Below are positions 40,847-53,932 of a DNA stretch of 64,000 nucleotides, piece by piece. The notes below the pieces were generated by a model that saw only the letters and a list, made by a program, of their open reading frames with translations, had not been told where the DNA came from and searched no databases. Location: NCBI GenBank assembly GCA_021613535.1, contig CP075497.1, positions 10,540,001 to 10,604,000 on the forward strand. Direction: 5' to 3'. Made by a program: the position numbers and the translations under genes. This stretch comes from Adineta vaga. Lineage: Eukaryota > Animalia > Rotifera. Numbering within the stretch: the stretch's first letter is position 1; every line of letters begins with the position of its first letter.

Positions 40847-40860
40847 GTCAGCATGGTAAC
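40847..40860 (-). promoter_or_regulatory. RFX X-box
   Basis: Minus strand reads GTTACC-AT-GCTGAC: one perfect half-site, AT spacer, one degenerate half-site, 70 nt upstream of the SPAG8-like ATG. Confidence 0.6.
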
Positions 40861-41738
40861 CAACCTCTATTCAGTTCTCTCCTTCATTCTCTCAATACGA
40901 TGTCGTTGATAGACAAGAATTTTTTTTTGATAACAGATGTATATATGTTAAATCGAGTTATATTTGATTCGTCTCCTGGGAATGTTGATTTTATTTATTG
41001 CTTTTGATTGAAAAGAAAGATCACAGCATGTCATCCCTAATGAATATTGAAAGAGACAACCTTGAAATAATATGTACTTGAAATTGTCAGAATGAAATGT
41101 CAATTATAAATTCAGTTCGGAGAAGGAATATTGTCAAACACTTAACGTGTATCAAGATTATTAATCTGGTTCTAGGATTGATTATAGAACTGATTGGATG
41201 TATATTAAAACTGAAAAAATGTTATGAAATAGAAAAAAGAATCAAATTTTAAAATATTTTCTAATATAACAGTTTGTCGTTATTGATGTAGATTGAGTGA
41301 ACAATTTCTTTTGTATGATAACTCAGACATCAACCTTCAAATATATATATTCTCAAGACTCATCCAACGTTGGATATCGCTCAGAGATGGAAAAGAATAG
41401 AAATAAAGCCAAAATTTTTGCTGTATTCAAGACAGAGACGGAATCGATCTGAATTAGTTTAGATAGTAACGTTTAAAAATTTGATGATCGATTTTGACAT
41501 TTTTATTAATATCATGTTTTTTCATGAGTATTTTTTCATACCTAAGATCACCTATATATTTTTCAATGCATGTTCCGAACATTTTGGGATACATTTAATC
41601 TTATCAATCATTATGAGAACTAATAAACAGCTGGTACGAGCACAAAATACTTTTATCTTTTCTTTTAACGACGCCTTTAAATTTTGATCTTATTTTGTAT
41701 TCTTGAAAGATGATTAATATAATTCTAACAAAGTATTG

Positions 41739-43507
41739 TTAGATTTTTGATGTACGATCAAGTGAAGCCCATGTTGTTAGTGCACGTTTTGGTAGAATTG
41801 TATCTAATCATAAAAATGAATAATCTACATGATATGAGAATTACTTACTGTTAATTTGGTTTAATAAGAAATTACTGGGAAAGTTCAGTGTCGTATTATG
41901 TAGCCATGTTGTCCAATCGTGTTTGATTTCATCAGTATTTTTACTTGAAATGAGAGTTTTATTGTGTTCATGAGATGAAAGTGAATCTGTTTTTAATGCA
42001 TTTGTATTTTTATTTGGTGATTTCTGCTATTTAGAAGAGGAAATCAAAATAATGTGAATGACAAGACGAACGAAGTACCTTTTTTTGCATTTTAGTGGAA
42101 ATCTTCTTCACTGAATTCGTCTTTTCTTTGACTCTAAAAAAGATCTCATTGATTGTACTGTACGATTATAATTGAATAATAAACATACATTGATGAGGAC
42201 GATGACGATGGCCGTTTTTTACTTGTTTTCGAATCTAAAAAGTCACTAATCTATTAGATCTATCATTGTATGAAATACTGACGAATTGTATTCGGACTAT
42301 TTAATTGAGATCTAAAATAAACAGTTCTTTCAACGACTATCTCTGATTTAATCATTTAACTTACTTAGAAGATTGACGTCTTATTGTTGACTTCTGATTA
42401 GATAATGTTTTAGTTGGTGTAACTGTTGAATTATTTGTAACGGTTGGTTGATGTTTGATTAACATGTCATTGATAGTTTTTAATTTTTTGTTTGTAGATT
42501 TCATACCTTGCTTTTTCGATCCATATCCACGATTACAAACGACTAAGAAAATCAACTTTATGATAACAAGAGATTAATATATGTTTTCATACATTGTCGA
42601 CGTTGACGACGAGCTTCTATTTCGGCTTGTCGTTCAGGTTCTGTTAGTTTGTACAATGCACAGTAAATCAGTCGAATAGTTTTACTGGTATCCAATATAA
42701 TTGGAAGAGATTGAACAGCTTCAATAGGAGAAAGAAAGGTTTTTGATAGCAGATATGAGAATCTCTATATATCTATCATTTGATTGCTATTTCATCTACT
42801 TTGAATAATATCTTGAGAAGGATTTTTCAATGCTTCCTGAATGTCTTATTCATTACTCATTACATTTCTATTCATTTATGCTTATTTTGAATACCTGTTT
42901 GTGCATTTTGAAAGAAATCTTTTTCTAAAATATCTCCAAAAAGAATTTCAAAATTGGATTGTAGAACAATAAATGCTTTTGTTATATTTCGATATGGCTC
43001 ATTTAAATTAAATTGTTTTATTTCATTTGATTGTAATTGTTGATCTTGTTGTGTTTTCAAATGTTTTTCTTTAGAAAGAATTTGTATTAAAACTTTTGTT
43101 TTAAATATAAATCGACAAATTTTTATCATTATATTTTGATCTAATCGAATGGACATATTGGGATAAATCCGTGAATCTGATCGTAAATGTCGATAAACAT
43201 TTCTTGTTGTTAAACAAAATCGACGTATATGTTCTTTTATTCGTCTTAATTCATCTTCAACATAAATTGGTATTTGACAGATAGGTGAAATAGTTTCACG
43301 TTGTGTTAATTCATTTCGTGTTTGAAATAAAAATCGAAGACGATCACTTTGCATACGTCGAATTGTATATTCAATCAAATCATTGGATATATTCGCTGCT
43401 TTATGAGACCAAATTTGAAAAAATCTCTCACATGTTTCATTTAGAATATCATTCGTACAATGACCAGATTTAGTTCGAATTGCTAGATCATTTGCTGTTA
43501 ATGGCAT
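41739..43507 (-). CDS. Uncharacterised multi-exon protein (helical N-terminal region, basic low-complexity C-terminus ending RTSKI)
   Basis: Long first coding exon 43507-42894, then several short exons bounded by GT-AG introns of ~50-80 nt (e.g. IILDTSKTIRLIYCALYKLTEPERQAEIEARRQRRQ; TILPKRALTTWASLDRTSKI*). Some internal junctions are ambiguous. Confidence 0.6.
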
Positions 43508-43633
43508 GGAAAGAGATTTAAACTAGAGCGCAATTTTTGATTTATTCAAAACGTTTTTCAAATCTGACAAAAAAAAAGATGTTTTTTGTCGTCAATCAAA
43601 TAAAACAAGAAATTGTGTTTTTGAAATCATTCA

Positions 43634-43915
43634 TTAACGCATATCAAATGGATAACATTTTCGTTTTGGTTGATGTCGACTTTGATGAGTATTGATATCA
43701 TAAAGAACACCATTCCTTTTTAATATTTTAATACAAATTTTAGGTAGAAGAACACTGCGAACTTGATTGTGTCTAATTTGTTCATTTTTTTGTTGAATTT
43801 GATCAGAATGGAATACATTTTGAAGATCATGAAAACGATAACTTCGAATTGGATCGATAATTATGGATAAAACCAAAAGAGATAACAGAATATGACCTGA
43901 TGTTAAAAAAGTCAT
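43634..43915 (-). CDS. Small secreted peptide precursor (93 aa; signal peptide, 2 Cys, 2 dibasic sites)
   Basis: Hydrophobic N-terminus HILLSLLVLSIII; C-terminal VLLPKICIKIL-KR-...-KR-KCYPFDMR; single exon; TATA box upstream. Confidence 0.7.
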   Translation of the reverse strand: MTFLTSGHILLSLLVLSIIIDPIRSYRFHDLQNVFHSDQIQQKNEQIRHNQVRSVLLPKICIKILKRNGVLYDINTHQSRHQPKRKCYPFDMR

Positions 43916-43970
43916 AATCGTATGAAAATAAGTAAAGAAAGAAGTCTAGTATATAAATGAATGTTTCTTC

Positions 43971-43977
43971 TTTTATA
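43971..43977 (-). promoter_or_regulatory. Candidate TATA box of the secreted-peptide gene
   Basis: GTATAAAAG on the minus strand, ~56 nt upstream of ATG 43915. Confidence 0.4.
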
Positions 43978-44698
43978 CTCGTTTTCTTTCCCTTCCTACA
44001 TGACATCCTTTATTCTTGGGTTTCAATACTATTTATACGGTTTTCTAAAACTTATGATTTCATGCGTCGTATGAAAAGAACAAAGTGTATCTATTAATCT
44101 ATAGTGCAAAGTGTTGTACTCAGTTAATTTGTCCGTTAATATCATAAAGACGTTCTCAAATGTCAGCAAAAATAATTTTTCTCCGTAGAAAAATTCTTCA
44201 TGAAAAACAATCATGCGTGATGAATGAAGCATATGGCATTGAACATCATATGTGTTGTTAACAAAAGTATGATTCTCTGTTCCTGTAAGATGCATGTTAC
44301 TTTTTCCGAAGACAATTATCGAAATCATTAAGAATCATTTCAACATTTTTCATTTCATTTGAAGTCCAAAAAAGTTTGCACTGAATTCCTTTGAGTTGAG
44401 ATCAATCTCATGATAATATGTAATGATTATTTTTAATCAAAAACTGACATCGTTTCATTGAAAAGAGAACAAAAAAAACGTACATCATTTACTGCACGAT
44501 CCGCGCTGAGAATTTAAAAAAAGAAAAAAAACCAACAAACTTATTTTACTAACCGGTATGTCATTAAAGAAAAACGAAATATAGATATACATATTGGAAA
44601 TGTCATTAAATAGATAGATATTTAAGATGAAAAAAGAAAAGAAACGACAAAACAAAGAAAATAATAATCATAATCGAGTTTCTTTTGCATGTTTCAAA

Positions 44699-47600
44699 TC
44701 ATCGTGTTCGTTTTCGATATTTTCCAAATAAAATCTTTTTAAATGCTTGCCGAAAGTCAGGAGAAAATATTGTATAAATCACAGGATTCAAAAGACTATT
44801 GAGATAACCAAGCCAAGTTAGAACACTAATAATTTTTTCATTTATAGATAAATGAAATAATCCACAAATTGTTTCTTCAAGAAAAAATGGTAACCAACAT
44901 AGGATAAAACAACCCATAACTACTCCGAGTACTTTTGTCGCTTTACGTTCACGTTTAATATCGATTTTTTTTCGTGTCGATTGACTTAACGTTTTCGTAA
45001 TAACTGTTCGATTATTTGGATGAGAATTTGCATTATTTGTATTAGCTAAAACAGTTGTTGAGACGATTTTTGATGAAGAAATATCAGTAATATGAGATGA
45101 ATTTGATGACGATGCATTCGTATCTCCTAATGGATTCGTAATTGTATTTACTGTTATTGGAGAATCATTATTAAATGATGATGTTATTAAGCGACGTGTT
45201 GAGGATATTGAAGCTGGAGAATTAATCTGTGATGAATTATCTTCCGATTCTTGTTTTAAAAAACGATTGTTTGTTGGTAATTGTATAACAGGTGAAGATG
45301 TAGTTGTTGTTGTTGTAAGACTCCCACGTTGTTTTTTCTTTATTAGAGAATATGCCGATTTTTTTAAGGGTTTCAATTGATAATCATTATTATGTTGATT
45401 GGTATTAGATGGAAATGTAGATTGATTTTCTGATTGAAGATCATGTGAATGATGATTTGAAACAAGAAGATTTCTTTTAAAGAGTTTTTTAAATTGTAAT
45501 GGAGAAAATGTTTGATATTTGCTTTTATCTGAATGAATTAATTCATGATTGGTACTTTCAGATATCAATAAAACATCATTTTGTTGTGGAGTGTCTATAG
45601 TGGATGTAATCAGTTGGGGTGGAGCAGGTCTTGATGATGTTATTTTACTACGATCAGAATTGAATGCTTTACGACGTATACGAAATTTTGCAGCTTGAAA
45701 GATCTTCCAATAGATAATACACATGCCAATTAACGGAATATAGAAGGCTCCAACAGTAGAAATAATAGTATATGGTACATTGCCTATTAAACGACATTGA
45801 TCTGAAGGAAGACCATTTGCATCACGGAATATAGGAAATAGATGAGCACTGGAGATAAGAATTGATGTTACCCATATAACACATATCAGCATTAAGATTC
45901 GTGCAGGTGTACGTTTTGTTGCATAATCGACTAATGATAAGAAATAGGAAACATTTTCTTTTTTTTTTCTCCAAGGAAAAAGAAAGATATTCTCTCTGAG
46001 TTCGTTCATTACATACAGAACATGTCTATAAAGTATTAAAAGTTCAAGATAATCTTCAACGAAATTGATTTTGCTTATTTTTAGTTCTAGTCTCTTCACT
46101 AAAGCTCGAATAATTCTATTGAACAACTTACGATTAGTAATCGACCAATAACGATCAAGTGCAATAGCAACAAGATGCAATATAGAAGCTGTACAACATA
46201 GTAAATCAATTGTTACAAAAGCATCACAAATGAACGAACCAAGTATCCATGACCGTGTCACTTCTTTTAACAAAGTAATGGGCATAACCTATAAATAGAG
46301 AACAATGATTCTTTTGATTTTAATCGAGAAAAAAAACTCGACATTCGATAATTAATGGAATTAATTTATACTATTGTATTCTCAAATAAATAGAATAATG
46401 ATTTCTTATCTTTTCATATGATAAGTGTCTATTTCGAATACATCAACGATTCATTCTATTATCATTTCTATTCGTTTGCTTGTGTATTTATTAAGAACAC
46501 TTGATAAGAAAATCATTCATGAATTCGTACAATTTCATTCGATATTACTGTCAGATGTGATAAATAAAAGTTGTTTTGGATATTTTCTATGCATGTAATA
46601 ATTCACTGGAATATATCTGACATATAATTTAATGAATACTAACAGCATGAAAGAAAAAGAAAACTAAAGACTATAGTCTCAGTATTGAAAATAGACAGAA
46701 CGAAAAATAAAGACGATTTCAAGGATAATTATCCGTAACACGCATATATCGATATAAAAGACAGTGATGTTAATGTTGAATGACAAGTAAATAATTCAAG
46801 TAAATAACTTTATTCATTGTGATCAACATATTCTTAGTTATTTAAGAAAAATGTTGAAGTTTCCTCATCTGTACCGTGTAAATCGAAATAAACAAATAAA
46901 CAAACAAAAGATCAGACATAGAGAAGAAAAAGATCAATGAAGCAAAAAAATCCCACGTTTGATGTTTAGCTTGGTTATATTAAATCTTAGAAAAGCCTTG
47001 ATAGCCATCAGTTTTGACAAAACTTTCCGTTGTCATTCTATTCTCTCCTTTTTCTTTTTCTTCTTTCTTTTTTGTTTTTATCCTTTCATGATTTCCTATT
47101 CCTAAAAGAAAAATGACAGAGATCATTGTGTTACACATCAGTAAAACTCGAGTGTTAAACATTGAAGGAAAACTGATGACAAAGAAGAATATAACTGAAT
47201 CAGACAGTAAGAAAGAGAATGGACCAAATTGCATGTAAATCTTTCTATTTATATTTGTTCAATAAGAAAAAAGATTGTGCGTGGTATTGAATAATAATAA
47301 AAATAATGATATTAATAAAATCAAACTGCGACCATATTCAATGAGAATGAGAGAAAAATGAGTCGAAACGGAACAAAAAGAGAAATTTGTTTCTTTCTTT
47401 GCTTCTTCTATCAATATATCCATCTCGGTCATCATTCATTCTTACTAATAACAATAACAACAAAAACAGAAGCAAATGGAATCTAAGCAGCTGACTAAAA
47501 TCTTTCTGTTCGATCAGATTGATTCGATAGACAATGTTCGATGAATAATTTTTAATCAAAAGATAAAAAGACTTTTCTTTCTGTGTGAAGATTCATATAT

Positions 47601-48472
47601 CAACATATATATTAAACAGAGAAGATCATTTCTCTGTCAGAATATAGTTTATCTTTGAAAAAGAAAAGGAATAACTACGTGCTGACATAAACCAGTTGAA
47701 TAAGATCGATCGATTTTGATTTTGTTTATTCTGCTGATCAAGCTATCAAAAGTAAATGCAAACTATCAATTCATCTTTTGTATGTCATTATCGAAGAAAG
47801 AAGACAACATTACTTTCGTCACAGATGTAACTTGTCAGAAGAAGAAAAACGTAGCTATTAGAGAACAAATGTGTCGAACACATGTAGAATATGAAAATAA
47901 GTAAGAGTCAACTAAAATTTTCTTTTCTCACTACTCAGAAGAAAACGTTATGTCCAATATAAATGACAAATGGATCGACGTCAGAAAACATATTTCTATG
48001 TATAAATCGCACAATCCATCAAGATAATTACTGGGAAGAAAATTGTGATCTACTTTCTCATTTGATACCGAAAAAAGAAAACAAACTAAACTTGTCAATA
48101 ACTTACCATAGTAGCGATTAGTAAATCGGCAACAGCTAACGAAACAAAAAGATAGTAAGCAACTGCATGAAGAGTTTTTTCTAATTTAACAGCAGCAATA
48201 ACAAAAATATTTCCAGTTATTGTCGCTAAAATAATGGTACCAAGAATAATTGTTGTAATAATACAATGTTGAATCGAAACAAATATTGATGATGATAGGG
48301 GAGAATAAGTTGTTGATGATATTAGATCGTTGTTCGAATAATCGTCACCGGCTAAAAGACTAGGATGAAGGATATCTCCGAAGATAAGTGATGACGAATT
48401 TAACTGAGCAAGAGTACCATTGATACATGAAAGATTGTATGTTAAAAAACAGTCCATTGAATCGAGAAACAT
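44699..48472 (-). CDS. Serotonin receptor, 5-HT1-like class A GPCR (exons 48472-48107, 46288-46132, 45930-44699; start tentative)
   Basis: TM1 GNIFVIAAV; TM2 SLAVADLLIATMVMP; TM3 FVTIDLLCCTASILHLVAIALDRYW with the amine-binding Asp; TM5 STVGAFYIP; long ICL3 ending RERKATKVLG; CWLPFF; WLGYLNSLLNPVIY; short C-tail. Confidence 0.9.
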
Positions 48473-51400
48473 AAAGTCGGAAAGACTTCGAAACGATTTT
48501 AATAGTAACGTTAGGAAGATTTTGTTCACCTTGACACACTAAAATCAGGTTATGGGTACCAATTGAAGGAGCCCAGGTGGGCGAGGCCATAAGGTGATAA
48601 TAGACGAATATTGAAAGTTCTTCTTCACCTGATCACCAAAAATAACATCGTTTGAATTCTTATTAGAATGATCATTATTAATGTTTTATCAAACGAATGT
48701 GATAATTTCTGAAAATATTTGTTGAATAAAGAAACATGGAATAATGATATCGTTTTGTTTTCTTCCAGAAGAGAGAACATATAGAAAGAAAGAGCGAGAG
48801 AGTCAACTAGAAGACTGCTTGTGAATGTTGCTAACATATCTTATCTTTCTGATGAGAGGAAACGCATTCCCTTCTTCGTTTTCTTCTGCTCCTTCTTTCT
48901 TCTTCTTCTTTTCTCATCTCAGAAAACAATAATCGTTCCTTCAAATAGAAATGACGACACAGAAGTACAGCAAGAAAGAAATAACAAAAAATCGTTTCAC
49001 GAAAAGCAAAATCAAAGATTCTTTTCTTAACATACGTCTTCGTTCTCACATTCGAGTTAAGTTTATCTATTCGGTACACGCTCTTATCTATGCAACCTAT
49101 TTCTTTTTTGATACAATCGTTTCAAACTAGTAATTGCCTCCATACAGTTAACAGTAGGTTTCTTAGCAAATAAAAATATTCGAATGTTGATAGAATAACT
49201 ACTTATTTAACGAAGACATCCTGAGTTATTCTTTGTACATTACTGCCGTTGCTGATGATGATGAAAGACTAAGACCAAGAAAACACGTCTCTATATTCAA
49301 TTTAGAATCAAGAAAAGCACATAAAAAAAGACCCGAATAAGATGATAAAGATTAAAGATAAAAGTTCTTGAAAAGAAGATCATACGATGTACGCACGATA
49401 TCTGAACAAGCCATCTATATGTCTAGGAAAGATTTTAACAGTGTTTTCAGATGATATCACTTGAGAAGAAATTCGATTAGCAATGAAGAAAAAGAAAGCA
49501 ATGACAAAAATAGAAATCATATTTCAAGTCTACTGAAAAATAAGAGCGACTGTTCTTATAAGTAATCATCAGTATATTTGATTTGTGTTCTTAAAAATGA
49601 TCGATCATGTCATTACTGAAGACTAGTAAAGATATATATCCAGAAAGAGAGAATTTTGTTAAATAAGATTACTTTTTTGAGAAGAAAAAAGAAGAGAATT
49701 TATTGTTTATACGTATCAATATCCTTATTTTTACTAGTGAGCTTCATCCGAAATAGAAACGGATGTAAAAAACATGTCAGGCAAATAGTTTTATATAGAT
49801 CTAGTGTAAAGTACTATTTTAATTTCTTCCATTTCCTTTATTCTTCTCTCTCGTCATTCTCGTCGTTTTTTCATTTTAGGAAACAGTAAGAAAAAAAGGC
49901 AAGAGACAAGCACAACAATAGTTACAAATTGTGTCTCTTTCTCTTTCTTACATTCCATAGAGATCACTTTCTGTCATTAGTATAGGTCCCTATAGTCGAA
50001 TAGTATTTGTCAGAGTCTTAGAACGATCGTCAATCATTACCTACACATGAATGATCTACTTCTTTGAAATACTATAACGATAACAGAGTTCGTTTTGTCA
50101 TTCGATTTACCTGTTTGTTTTTTTTTAAATAAAAAGCGATTGTATCAAGAAAAGAAACGAAAATGTAACTACTTTAAACTATGTAATTTTATACATACAT
50201 AAAGACAATTATATATGGTGTTGCCGCTAAATGAATTAGTTCAATTTACTATCCAGTACTTAAACGAATAAATACTTTTCTATATCTTTGTTTCATTTGC
50301 TTGATTTGACGAATTCCCGATTGAACTGCAATCAATGTAGAAAAGTCTTTGCATGCACACCCATGCGTTTCGGAAATTGTTATTCATCACCATTGGAAAA
50401 AAATAACGACCAGTACCTTAAGGGTAATATACTTTCTGTTGCTTCAAACGAATATCATATTCTATTAATAAAAAAGAAAATCGACAAATTCGACGTAAAA
50501 ATTATTCAGCCATATTGATATCAATTAGTTTTTGGTTTTCCATCCATTTCTTTTTCATATTTATTAACGGAATTGTTCGTAGGAACTATCAAAATGTGTC
50601 TGCTTATGACCTTCTCAAAGAGTATATACTCTTTGCTTTTGAGCGCTAGTTAGTTGTGCGGAACTAGAAAACAGCTCTATCGAATTAGAGTGATATATTT
50701 GACAGAACAGCACAAGCACTCCGCATCAAGAGAGCTGATTCAACAAGCAAGCGTTAGACAAATGCAAAAAAATAACGAAGAAAAGAAAGCGGAACTGAGA
50801 AAAACACAGAAGAATCAGAAAGAAGAGAAGAAGGAAGTTCTCGTCAAAGTGAGATTCTTTATTGCACTATGATCTCGTTTCATGCTTGCACGGATGATCG
50901 ATAGCTGCAAGTTGATCTCTCTTGTGACATACTTATACATCATAAAGTCATTAGCACTTTCTTCTCTACATTGTCTTTACTCTTCCTTTTTTTCAACAGC
51001 AAACAGAGATCAATTTATTCGCTCGAATGATTTGTCAGCATACTTGTTTGACAAATTTTTACAATTCATTTCTACTAGGGTTAAAAAGAAGAGAAAAAAA
51101 TATAGAAAATGAAAACACACACACACTCTCCCTCTCTCCCTCTCTCTCTCTCTATATATATGCATTAATACGTAATTAAAGTTCATTTCTTATTCAGGAT
51201 ATCAAATAAAAAGAGAAAACAATATGTAACAATCTACGATGTTTCTTTCTTTCTATCAATTGGTAAAACAAGAGGCCTAACTGATATACTTATTGGATGA
51301 TCATTATTATCAAAGGCAAATTACTTGCAATAAGCTTGGAAAGGATTAATATAAATAGCATACTTGAGAAAGATACAATCGTTGACTGGTGAAAGAAGAG

Positions 51401-52379
51401 AGAAGGTAAAATCTGATCAAGACTACTATTAAAAAAGGAAACAAGAATGAAGATTATTATGATTATAATAAATAAGAAGAAATTCCGATTACATATAGAA
51501 GGAAAAAGTAGTTTAACTTATGAATGTTAGATCGTGCAGAAGTTAATGTGTGCAAAAAAAATTTCATAAATAGATCGATGCAAAATCATCAATGCTAGAA
51601 ATGAATAGATATGACCTTTGAATGAAGCCGTTCATATTAATATTCAATCAGGACGGAAAGTAGGCAAACAATTTTTTGCTTTACGTTTATGTATCTTATT
51701 AGAGAAAAAAAATCTGTTCGACTAATTGAAGGACTCTTGCTTTTCAATGAAAACCCAATAACGAACATGAGGAAAAACGAGTCAGGGAGGGGGAAAGACA
51801 CTTACCACACTCAAGGTTTTTTCAATAGATACTCTTAATACAAATATTAATGCTTTGCTCTGATTTCCATCACATTATACACACAACAGTCGTATTTCTT
51901 CTTTGTTTTATGAATAAAAAAAAAACAATGAGATGCAAGTAAAGAGACAGACATTTAGAGAAAAAAAGGGACTAGTAAGAAACGATAGCTTGAAAATCAT
52001 TGTCAGTCTTTTTCTATCAAACCGGAAAGAACTCATACGTTGTTGTCTATCTTTCTTTCTCTCTAGTCGTTTTTGACAACTTCGTTTCTCTCTCATGTTT
52101 AAAGATAGACCGCATACAAACAAATAATCATTGTAAACTATCGGCAAAAAAAAGAAGAAGGATGAAATTGGCAAAAAGAGAGATCACAGCATGAATAAAA
52201 GGACAATGCATTAGGATAGAGAGAATCTTTTTTTTTGCTACTCAGAAACATCAAAGAAAGAAAAGTGTCATATTTCTATTACTAATTATTTTTGCTTTTT
52301 CTTTCTCGTCCATTTTTTTTTATCTTGATCAATGAGCAATTAACTGAGTGTATGTGTGTGCTTTTTCAAAATATTTATT

Positions 52380-53932
52380 TTATAAATCTGTATGATTTTC
52401 ATTCGCATAATTTAACAATAAACTGATATAGTCTGTTGACTTTGTTGTTGTGATATTCGTACTATTGATTGTACTCTGATTGATTAAATTATATCCATAA
52501 CTCGATTTTGAATCTTTATTAGAATAGATTACTGTTGTTGTTCGTTTACGAAACATTCGCATAAATAATGTTAAATAAATAAATGTTATAATAACAATAA
52601 TCAGTAGTAGATATATCCAACAATTCGAAACATTATAAGCATTATGTTTCAAACGTTTACTTTGAACACTAAGTTTAGCTGTATTTGTATCAATTAGATT
52701 TTCGGCTTCGATCAGTTTCTAGAAAATTCAAAACTAGAAAGATAATAAAAGATGAAATAACAAACTTTTTGATCATCTCTAACAATATCATTCAAACGTT
52801 GTGCGCTATGAAGAAGACTTTTCGTTGTTTGTCTCATAGATGTTGCTATATCATCTTGTTTATCTTCTTCAGAATGAATATGTTGTTGTTGTCGATTTAA
52901 TTGTGCTGGAAGAGAAAAAAAGGCCATTGAATGATATTCATTGAACATCAATGTACTTACGACGATCCGATTTCTTTAATGTAGTATGATGTTTTTCATT
53001 TTCATTCAAAGAGATTGAACGAGTTAGGATTTCCGTTTCTTGTTCTTCAACAGGCAAGTCAATGTGTCTCGCATTAGGTACTTTTTTTGGAAATGTTTGA
53101 TCTTCCTGTAATGTAATCAAATTATATATGTCAAACAAAATCAATTTTTGCTTTTAAGAACAATAAGTGATCAATATAAAACGATACATTTTCGAACAAA
53201 GACTTTCAACTCAAACAATAGAAAAATAAATGAAGTTAATTATTTTCGTCAAAAAATAGAATTGTGTAGGAAGAGAAAAACAAGGAAGCTATTCATCAAT
53301 TGTTTATTTCAAATAATTAGAGAAAAAAATGTATTAATGAGATGATTATCTGATTTCAAAAGTCGAATAGAGTTCATTCATCGAACATGTTTTTGTTAGT
53401 CGTGATGATCTCAAAATGTTTCTTACGCACATTTTGAGATGTTTCATGAAACAAGGAAGGATACGGCATAACTAATTTATGTCTGTCAGATAGACAGAGA
53501 TTTCTATTCGTTCGTACTCGAACTTCCGGAGCACTTTATAGCCTTGAGAAATGAGCCAAGTGAATTAGAAAAACTTTCGACATACCATTTTTACAGGATC
53601 GATTGTTTGACGTAATTTATCGATTCTTTCTTTATATTCTTTCACTTGTTTTACATTTGGAAAACTAAACATTATAGGAAAAAAGAATCTTTTCTTCAGA
53701 ATTCAATTCAATACTTCGTCCATTTTTGTACATCATTTAACATTCCAGTTAATGCATCGACAAACTATAAATAATTTGAAGAATAATATTGTCTTCTTCA
53801 ATCTTATTTCTTTCTTTCTTTTACTTGCTGAAGTTTCCAATCTTCAATCGATTTCTCTTCGACTAGTTTTTCAGTTGAAGATAATAATCTTCGAAATATT
53901 TTCTCAACTGGTAGATTCGAAGATACAACCAT
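52380..53932 (-). CDS. USE1: ER SNARE USE1 (vesicle transport protein)
   Basis: N-terminus VEKIFRRLLSSTEKLVEEKSIEDWKLQQFVDALTGML resembles USE1 LELNLVRLLSRCE..EWRLEKYVGALEDML. SNARE helix QDDIATSMRQTTKSLLHSAQRLNDIVRDDQKKL...SKRLKH, then TM CWIYLLLIIVIITFIYLTLFMRMF. Confidence 0.85.
53408..53453. repeat. 12-bp perfect inverted repeat plus adjoining 14-bp palindrome inside USE1 intron 3
   Basis: ATCTCAAAATGT-9nt-ACATTTTGAGAT followed by TGTTTCATGAAACA. Confidence 0.85.

Noticed and set aside
53505-53545. tRNA-like GTTCGA motif in the USE1 intron
   Set aside because: No cloverleaf stems or A box could be built around it.
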